A stretch of DNA of 18,969 nt, taken from NCBI GenBank assembly GCA_964619725.1, contig CAZUFC010000146.1, positions 1-18,969 of the forward strand, read 5' to 3'. Each line of letters begins with the position of its first letter. Within the stretch, counting starts at the first letter, position 1. Shown here one piece after another: positions 1 to 5,643 of the stretch. Source of the DNA: an uncultured bacterium. Its GTDB lineage: Bacteria; CSSED10-310; CAZUFC01. The position numbers and the translations under genes were made by a program. The notes beneath the pieces were generated by a model. The model did not search any database. It saw only the letters and a program-made list of their open reading frames with translations, and was not told the DNA's origin.

Positions 1-213
1 TTCACATCTCCTGACATTCGCTAATAAAAAATTGTGAAATGTTTGACAAAAAAAACTATAGACGTACGAAAAAATTCTTGTAAAACAAAGTCCCCCCGCC
101 TGCGGGGGGATATAGGGGGGGCTAAAAACTTCACAATTATTATGCCGAGTTACAATGCAAGAAAATCACATTTTTTCAATAGATTGTGACATTCTTGTCA
201 GGAGTTCAGAACT
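1..213. repeat. AT-rich linker bounded by imperfect inverted half-sites (MITE-like or recombination-site-like), with an internal GC hairpin
   Basis: 1-16 TTCACATCTCCTGACA matches the reverse complement of 196-211 (TTCTGAACTCCTGACA) at 13/16. The 9-bp core CTCCTGACA (8-16) / TGTCAGGAG (196-204) is a perfect inverted pair. No long ORF inside. The element may extend left of the window. Confidence 0.65.
87..200 (+). repeat. Dispersed repeat copy 1 (C6/G6 palindrome plus extra G tract plus AT-rich tail)
   Basis: TCCCCCCGC-CT-GCGGGGGGA perfect 9-bp arms at 91-110, then a G7 tract at 115-121. Colinear with 12981-13095. Confidence 0.85.
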
Positions 214-492
214 TTCTGTCCGAAGGACTCAAACAGGCTCTTTAGATTGAAATGTTATAATGGTAGAAGCCATGAACATACAAACACGATCGAGAAAAAC
301 AGGTTTTATGATTTTCACATTCATACTGCTACGGAGAGATATCAAGATATAGGGATGAGGGAAGATGCTTATGCTCGTCCCTCAGAGGATTTTAGTGATT
401 ATCAATCTGCCTTTCGCTGCCTTGTTAGAGAATGTTCGTTTGAAACGCCGAAGTTAAATCAGCTTTGGCTTTTCGAGGAATTTGAGTTATGA
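214..492 (+). pseudogene. Probable 5'-truncated His-rich hypothetical protein, upstream partner of the DUF1828-like gene (tentatively DUF6978-like)
   Basis: Frame stays open upstream of the TTG at 247 (FCPKDSNRLFRLKCYNGRSHEHTN...FYDFHIHTATERYQ) with no ATG or RBS, and runs into the palindrome half-site and an in-frame TGA at 187-189. Its stop overlaps the next start (ATGA, 489-492). Confidence 0.6.
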
Positions 493-1274
493 ATTTTAAA
501 ACCATAGAGCGTCAATTCAGAGACAAAGTGTGCAATGAAATATATCTCAAGCCCGAAGGAATCGAACGTTATCGCGTCTTCACGCCGTTTCTTCTGGAAG
601 ACGGCGATCATCCATCCATCGTATTGAAAAAAGATGCCGTCGGATGGGCGTTTTCAGACGAAGGACATACTTTCATGCATTTGACGTATGATATTGATGA
701 AAAGGATTTGCATCGGGGAACAAGGCAACAGATCATAACCAACGCCCTTTCGGCATTCCAGGTAAAAGACCGCGACGGAGAACTCATTCTTCCCGTATAT
801 GAAGATTCTTACGGCGATGCGCTTTATTCTTTCATTCAGGCTATACTTAGAATTTCAGACACCAGTTTTCTGACCAGGGAAAGGATAAAATCTACATTCT
901 ATGAAGATTTTCGAGCGGTCATCTCATCTTTCATGCCGAAAGATCGCCTGACGTTCGACTGGCACGATTCGATCAATGATCCCCAGGGTATGTACACCGT
1001 GGATTGCATGATAAATAATAAACCTCGTCCTCTTTTCGTCTACGCCCTGCTGAATGACGATAAAGCCAGAGACGCAACCATTGCCATGCTCCAGTTCGAA
1101 CGCTGGGATATTCCCTTTCGCTCCATGGCCGTTTTTCAGAACCAGGAATCCATTAACCGTAAGATCCTGGCGCGCTTCAGCGACGTATGCGAGAAACAAT
1201 TTTCCAATTTAGCCGCCAACAGAGAACGTATTAAACGGTACGTTAAAGAGGTCACATCAGACGTTCATCCTTAA
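489..1274 (+). CDS. DUF1828(/DUF1829)-like protein of unknown function
   Basis: 261 aa. N-terminal pattern VFTPFLLEDGDH...FSDEGHT...ITNAL..F.V...GEL resembles DUF1828. C-terminal YTVDCMIN...LFVYAL could be a restriction-endonuclease-like fold (inference). Confidence 0.8.
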   Translation: MNFKTIERQFRDKVCNEIYLKPEGIERYRVFTPFLLEDGDHPSIVLKKDAVGWAFSDEGHTFMHLTYDIDEKDLHRGTRQQIITNALSAFQVKDRDGELILPVYEDSYGDALYSFIQAILRISDTSFLTRERIKSTFYEDFRAVISSFMPKDRLTFDWHDSINDPQGMYTVDCMINNKPRPLFVYALLNDDKARDATIAMLQFERWDIPFRSMAVFQNQESINRKILARFSDVCEKQFSNLAANRERIKRYVKEVTSDVHP

Positions 1275-1314
1275 TTGTGAACAATGCAGGTCCGACAGGC
1301 TTCTTCAGGTTGAT

Positions 1315-1695
1315 TTACCAGATAGTGCGCGGATAATAGTCTGCGATTATTCTATCCGGGGTAACGATCGGCAATCCGAGAATCTCAGCCGTGGCCACGA
1401 TGGTCCTATCGGCCGGATCCCGATGATCCCATTCGAGTTGGAGATTCCTGAGCCAGATAACCTCGTCAACCGGAACGATTTCGAGAACACTGATCCGCTT
1501 TAGTCGGGTGACATACTCATCAATCGATATCGGGATTTCCAGCTTTCCCTTCTTGACCTTTATCCCGATCTCCCAAATAGAGATGGAACTGACGATTAGA
1601 TGATTCGACGGCTTGATCTCACGTGCTGCTCTCGATGACAGACGTTCGGGGTCCATGGTCCACCAAAACATGGAACAGGTGTCCAAAACCATCAT
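1315..1695 (-). CDS. vapC: Type II TA toxin, VapC/PIN-domain ribonuclease
   Basis: 126 aa with PIN motifs VLDT, SSISIWEI, HRDPADR.IVATA and VTPD. Start overlaps the antitoxin stop (TAATG at 1697-1693). Confidence 0.93.
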   Translation of the reverse strand: MMVLDTCSMFWWTMDPERLSSRAAREIKPSNHLIVSSISIWEIGIKVKKGKLEIPISIDEYVTRLKRISVLEIVPVDEVIWLRNLQLEWDHRDPADRTIVATAEILGLPIVTPDRIIADYYPRTIW

Positions 1696-1925
1696 TATAC
1701 CTCAGCCCATTCGTCTGTTGTCGGCGTCTCAATGTCCTCATGATAGGCGACCTTGCCTTCGACATCGGCAAATATAGCACGGACCTTTTCGCCCTTGTTC
1801 AACGGTATGATCTTGAGCGCCGGTCTCCCCCGATCCGTAATGATCAGTTCGTCGCCGGATTGTTCCAGCTCGCGGAATATTCGCAGCATGTGTGCTTTCA
1901 GTTTGCTTTTTGAGATTGTTTTCAT
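1695..1925 (-). CDS. Type II TA antitoxin, Phd/YefM family
   Basis: 76 aa. MKTISKSKLKA...GDELIITDRGRPALKIIP is the Phd/YefM N-terminal pattern, followed by an acidic tail. RBS AGGAG at 1936-1932 on the minus strand. Confidence 0.92.
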   Translation of the reverse strand: MKTISKSKLKAHMLRIFRELEQSGDELIITDRGRPALKIIPLNKGEKVRAIFADVEGKVAYHEDIETPTTDEWAEV

Positions 1926-1944
1926 TGGTGACTCCTGTGCAGCC

Positions 1945-1999
1945 GGTCATGACCAGTCATGACTACAGTCATTTTAACGGCAATTACGGGACGCGTCAA
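1945..1999 (-). promoter_or_regulatory. Sigma70 promoter and autoregulatory operator of the phd-vapC operon
   Basis: Minus strand: -35 TTGACG (1999-1994), 17-bp spacer, -10 TAAAAT (1976-1971). Two abutting perfect 10-bp palindromes, GGTCATGACC (1945-1954) and AGTCATGACT (1955-1964), plus a half-site AGTCAT (1967-1972). Confidence 0.85.
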
Positions 2000-2016
2000 G
2001 AATGCTTCCGAATCTC

Positions 2017-2091
2017 AGGCATTGATCAAATATCTGTGTTTCGCGGTTGCAATTTTCGCAGTCTTGAATAATTGAGAAGGCATTGATCAAA
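2017..2091 (+). repeat. 14-bp exact direct repeat, two copies
   Basis: AGGCATTGATCAAA at 2017-2030 and 2078-2091. Confidence 0.7.
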
Positions 2092-2153
2092 AAAGCAACT
2101 TCTGAAGTCACATTCGACCGAATTTCCCATCATGATGTTTCTATTTCAAGTTC

Positions 2154-2329
2154 TATAGCTAGTGACTGTCCAGCATTAAATTTTGAATCGACAATCGAGT
2201 TTATGGACAGGCGCTAGCTATACAGACTCCGAAAGCCGTAACTGCTGAATTCGATTGAGAATATTATGAACGGTTCTCGCCGGCATCTGTCCGCAAACTC
2301 GATTGCCGATTAAAATTTGAATGCTAGAC
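2154..2329. repeat. Nested inverted-repeat element (MITE/REPIN-like doublet)
   Basis: Unit 1 has 18-bp terminal inverted repeats, 2154-2171 and 2205-2222 (16/18 match). 2279-2329 is an inverted, diverged copy of 2168-2218. Confidence 0.8.
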
Positions 2330-2441
2330 GCATGATGAATAATTCTCACAATGAATGACATTCTGTTCAACGATTAACCAAAATGCATCACATTTTCGCA
2401 TATCATTTGACGAAATGCATTTTTGGCTCTACAGTTTCAGT

Positions 2442-2875
2442 ATAAACCGGAACGAAATATTGGAACTTGATGCCATTGCCCGGAAACAGGGTGCGACCTA
2501 TCCCAAAAGACGGTTTATTTTCAAACAGGTATGGGAAAGACAGGGGCCGTCATTTCATCTGCATACTCGGTCCGCGCGGCGTTGGAAAGATCGTGCTGCT
2601 GAAACAGATTGCGCATAAAGCGAAAGATTCTTTTTACCTATCCGTGGATACGATCGGCGAGACGGATTTGTTTGAAATATCCAAAACGCCGGATTACCTC
2701 GTATCGACGTAGAAAGGCGAAATTGTCGTGGAGGTCGGCGGCAAGGGTAAAGGCAGGCGGCAGTTTAAAGGAATTTCAGTGGACAGGAAACTTATTCTCA
2801 GTCATTCCGACGCCATTACCGACGTCAAGAAACCGCTTTTTCTTGCTGGGTTTTTTGATTTTACTTTGTTCCTGA
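2442..2875 (+). pseudogene. Degraded AAA ATPase (AAA_14/DUF4143-type architecture) with a large internal deletion
   Basis: Pieced across frames: (ATA)NRNEILELDAIARKQG..PKRRFIF / frameshift near 2533 / HFICILGPRGVGKIVLLKQ...YLSVD (Walker A with T>I), joined directly to TPDYLVST*KGEIVVEVGGKGKGRRQFKG...KPLF / FLLGFL. In-frame TAG at 2710-2712. Confidence 0.75.
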
Positions 2876-3422
2876 GCCTTCCTTTTCAATTATTAAAAAT
2901 TTAACGAACTTTTGAAGAGAAATCTGTCCGTTGTTAATTATCCGGAAGAAAGCTAAAAGATTATAAAAATCCAGCAATTCTTTTTCTCTCAAGCGCTGAC
3001 AGAAATTTGACGAAGTTATTTTTGAGGAAAAAATGAATTTTATTCATGCATTAGAAGGAAAATATTGTTATAATAGGGACGACGCTTAGTTCGGCGACGG
3101 AAAAAACGGGGAGGCAAGATCATGGAGAGTAGGATTTAAGAAATGAATGTCCTTAAAAGAAGACCAGTAATGAAGAAAAATAAGGTCATTACGAAAAGAG
3201 GTTATTTTCAAAAGGATTTTTAATCTAAGAAAATATTTTTTTTATGAAATAATTACAATTCAATAGCATGTCCTGCCGCCGGTCGTTATGACATGTAATG
3301 ATGGGGTCAATGGAAATGGAAGGTCCAGGGAGGATTTCCACAGATATGTCATGGGGGCATGAGTTTAGTGGAGGTCGCAGTTCCATGGATTGAATTACCT
3401 GAGATATGAACGGCAGATAGCA

Positions 3423-4889
3423 ATGAAAACATATACTGACAGAGAACTGGAAGCGTTGCTTGAAAATGTGGAATCGGAATTATCGGAGCGCAAAAAAGCC
3501 TGGAAGGGTGATGTTCCTGAAAAAAGCCGGCAGGCGATATGCGCATTTTCAAATGATTTACCCGATCATGGCGTACCGGGCGTTCTTTTTATCGGCGCTG
3601 ATGAAGAAGGAGAACCTTCAGGAATTGCGGTAACGGATGAATTACTGAGAACGCTAGCCGACGTTAAAACAGACGGCAATATCCTTCCTCCGCCGACAAT
3701 GACTGTACAGAAAAGAAAATTAAAAGGCGCTGATATGGCTGTCGTTATCGTTCAGCCTTCTGATTCTCCGCCGGTAAGATACAAAGGCCGTATATGGGTT
3801 CGAACGGGACCTAGACGGGGCTTGGCGACTGCCCAGGATGAGCGCATCCTTAATGAAAAACGACGGTTTAAAGATGCTCCGTTTGAAGTTCATCCCGTTC
3901 ACCAGGCGTCATTAAAAGATATCAACAGAGTCATTTTTGAAAATGCATATCTGCCTTCCGCTTTTGCACCTGAAGTGATTGAGGATGACTTCAGGTCGTA
4001 TGAACAGCAATTATCAGCATGCGGTATGATCGTAAACGAAGAACAAGCCGTTCCCACCGTCCCTGGAATCCTGACGCTGGGAATAAATCCGAGAAAGTTT
4101 ATACCGGCTGACTATGTGCAATTTTTACGAATTGACGGTTCAATGTTTTCAGACCCCATTACAGATGAGGAGCTTATTGAGGGAGATTTAAATAAATTGG
4201 TGATCCGCGCGGACGATAAATTAAAAGCACATAATCGCGTTAAAATAGATTTTACCTCCGGTCCTTTAGAAAGACGTCTTTATCAGTATCCTGTACCTGC
4301 GCTTCAGCAGTTGATTCGCAACGCAGTAATGCACCGTACCTATGAATCCACAAACGCACCTGTCAGGATTTACTGGTTCAATGATCGCATAGAAATCATC
4401 AGTCCGGGAGGTCCTTTCGGAACCGTCACGACAGATAATTTCGGCGCTCCGGGCCTTGTCGACTACCGTAATCCCAGGTTGGCTGATGCCATGAAAGTGC
4501 TCGGATTTGTCCAGAGATTCGGGATAGGCATACAGACCGCTCAACGTGCAATGAGAGAAAACGGAAATCCTGAAATAATCTTTGACGTCGATCAGACAAT
4601 GGTTCGTTGTATCGTGAAAGCAGCCTTTCTTGAAAGCGCCTCCAATAATGCCTCCAATAATGCCCCTGACAGCGCCCCCGATAATGCCCCTCTTAATCAG
4701 ACTCAACTGGGGATTTTACGTTTGATAAAACAGGATGAAAAAATTACATACAAGCAATTGGCGGATAAACTTGATAGAGATCGTTCTACTATCAGACGAA
4801 ACATTGCGCATTTGAAGGAACTGAATTATCTGACCAGGGAAGGACCGGTAAAAAAAGGACGTTGGATAATATTAAAAAGGGAAAAGTAA
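3423..4889 (+). CDS. AlbA_2 (Schlafen-like) domain, HATPase_c_4 (RecG C-terminal-like) domain and C-terminal winged HTH protein
   Basis: N-terminal ESELSERK...ICAFSND..GVLFIG.D (AlbA_2). Middle YPVPALQQLIRNAVMHRTY...DRIEIISPGG...YRNPRLADAM...VQRFGIGI (HATPase_c_4). C-terminal ITYKQLADKL...TIRRNIAHLK...KKGRW (HTH). ATG 3423 preferred over TTG 3390. Confidence 0.88.
   Translation: MKTYTDRELEALLENVESELSERKKAWKGDVPEKSRQAICAFSNDLPDHGVPGVLFIGADEEGEPSGIAVTDELLRTLADVKTDGNILPPPTMTVQKRKLKGADMAVVIVQPSDSPPVRYKGRIWVRTGPRRGLATAQDERILNEKRRFKDAPFEVHPVHQASLKDINRVIFENAYLPSAFAPEVIEDDFRSYEQQLSACGMIVNEEQAVPTVPGILTLGINPRKFIPADYVQFLRIDGSMFSDPITDEELIEGDLNKLVIRADDKLKAHNRVKIDFTSGPLERRLYQYPVPALQQLIRNAVMHRTYESTNAPVRIYWFNDRIEIISPGGPFGTVTTDNFGAPGLVDYRNPRLADAMKVLGFVQRFGIGIQTAQRAMRENGNPEIIFDVDQTMVRCIVKAAFLESASNNASNNAPDSAPDNAPLNQTQLGILRLIKQDEKITYKQLADKLDRDRSTIRRNIAHLKELNYLTREGPVKKGRWIILKREK
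4638..4691 (+). repeat. 12-bp in-frame tandem repeat, about 4.5 units (ASNN ASNN APDS APDN AP linker)
   Basis: GCCTCCAATAAT x2, GCCCCTGACAGC, GCCCCCGATAAT, GCCCCT. Confidence 0.85.
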
Positions 4890-5008
4890 AGATAAATACA
4901 ATAAATTTCCAGGATTCAAACGAGATTTGAAAACGTGAAAAGGAGTTTTAATGGCGCCTTATTCCCAAATTTAAGCGTTGCAGAACCTGATGGAGAAAAT
5001 GATCTTAA

Positions 5009-5590
5009 ATGAAAAAAAAAGCAGAGAAGAAAGCTGCCAACGTTCCCGAAAAACTGGCGAAGTCCGTTAAGCTGTCGGTACCGAATTTTTCGAATCCTAA
5101 CCGCCCTTTACTATGTCAGGAAGTGGATTTTTCAATCCCCCAGGTTAATGCCCTGTCAAGCCTGGAGGGTAATGCCGGCAAACTGATCTACCAGATGTCG
5201 AAATGGTGGGCCAGGAGGCGTTCCAGTGTTTTTCGAGATATGCTGACAGCTGCCGCGACTGAAGCGCCCGCTGACCGAACTGAAGCTGCCAAAAGAATAT
5301 GGGAGCATTACTATTGTAATCATCAGAAAGCCGGCTCTTTTAAAAAACTTCATTTATTGGCTTGTATCATGTGCTGCGGGACAACCCTGCTCGAAGGCGC
5401 GCGCCTTGGTATGCAGATGACGGGAGTAGATTTGAATCCGGCCGCCCGGTTCATTGTAAAAAATGAAATGACTTGCAGTGATACAGAGCAGGTTCAAGCC
5501 CTGTTTGATCATATTGAAGCCGAGGTAAAGCCTAAAATTCAACCTTCACAACTCCTGACATATAACATCAAAGTAAATTTTTGTTTATGA
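5009..5590 (+). pseudogene. N-terminal fragment of a DUF1156-type adenine DNA methyltransferase
   Basis: EVDFSI..VN.LS..EG...IYQMSKWWARRRSSVFR is the DUF1156 N-terminal pattern. The SAM-binding motif is degenerate (LLACIMCCGTT instead of VLD.F.GGG.T), followed by GVDLNP. Only 193 aa, far shorter than full-length members. Plausible coding ends near 5544, where the palindrome half-site begins. Confidence 0.8.
5545..5560 (+). repeat. Palindrome right half-site TTCACAACTCCTGACA
   Basis: 15/16 identical to positions 1-16 and 14/16 to the reverse complement of 196-211. Confidence 0.8.
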
Positions 5591-5643
5591 GCGCTGATGA
5601 TGCAAAAAAAGTATATTCAAAATAACTATTTGAAGTAAAATAA

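Noticed and set aside
43-70. TTGACA at 43-48 as a promoter -35
   Set aside because: No acceptable -10 hexamer at 16-18 bp spacing.
2017-2091. Possible CRISPR array (repeat-spacer-repeat, 61-bp period)
   Set aside because: Only two 14-bp repeats, no third copy at the expected period, and no cas genes in the window.
2355-2875. Three separate short ORFs (2355-2618, 2467-2712, 2609-2875) as real genes
   Set aside because: They are frameshifted pieces of one AAA ATPase pseudogene.
3143-3223. 26-aa basic ORF MNVLKRRPVMKKNKVITKRGYFQKDF downstream of TATAAT near 3068
   Set aside because: Lys/Arg richness is expected in A-rich DNA; no recognisable homology, and no convincing RBS or -35.
4951-4974. 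7-codon ORF MAPYSQI after a good AGGAG RBS
   Set aside because: Too short to support; it could be a gene-start remnant but this cannot be shown from the sequence.
5012-5020. A9 tract at the start of the methylase fragment as a phase-variation switch
   Set aside because: It encodes Lys-Lys-Lys in frame in a gene that is already truncated, and A runs are common in this window.
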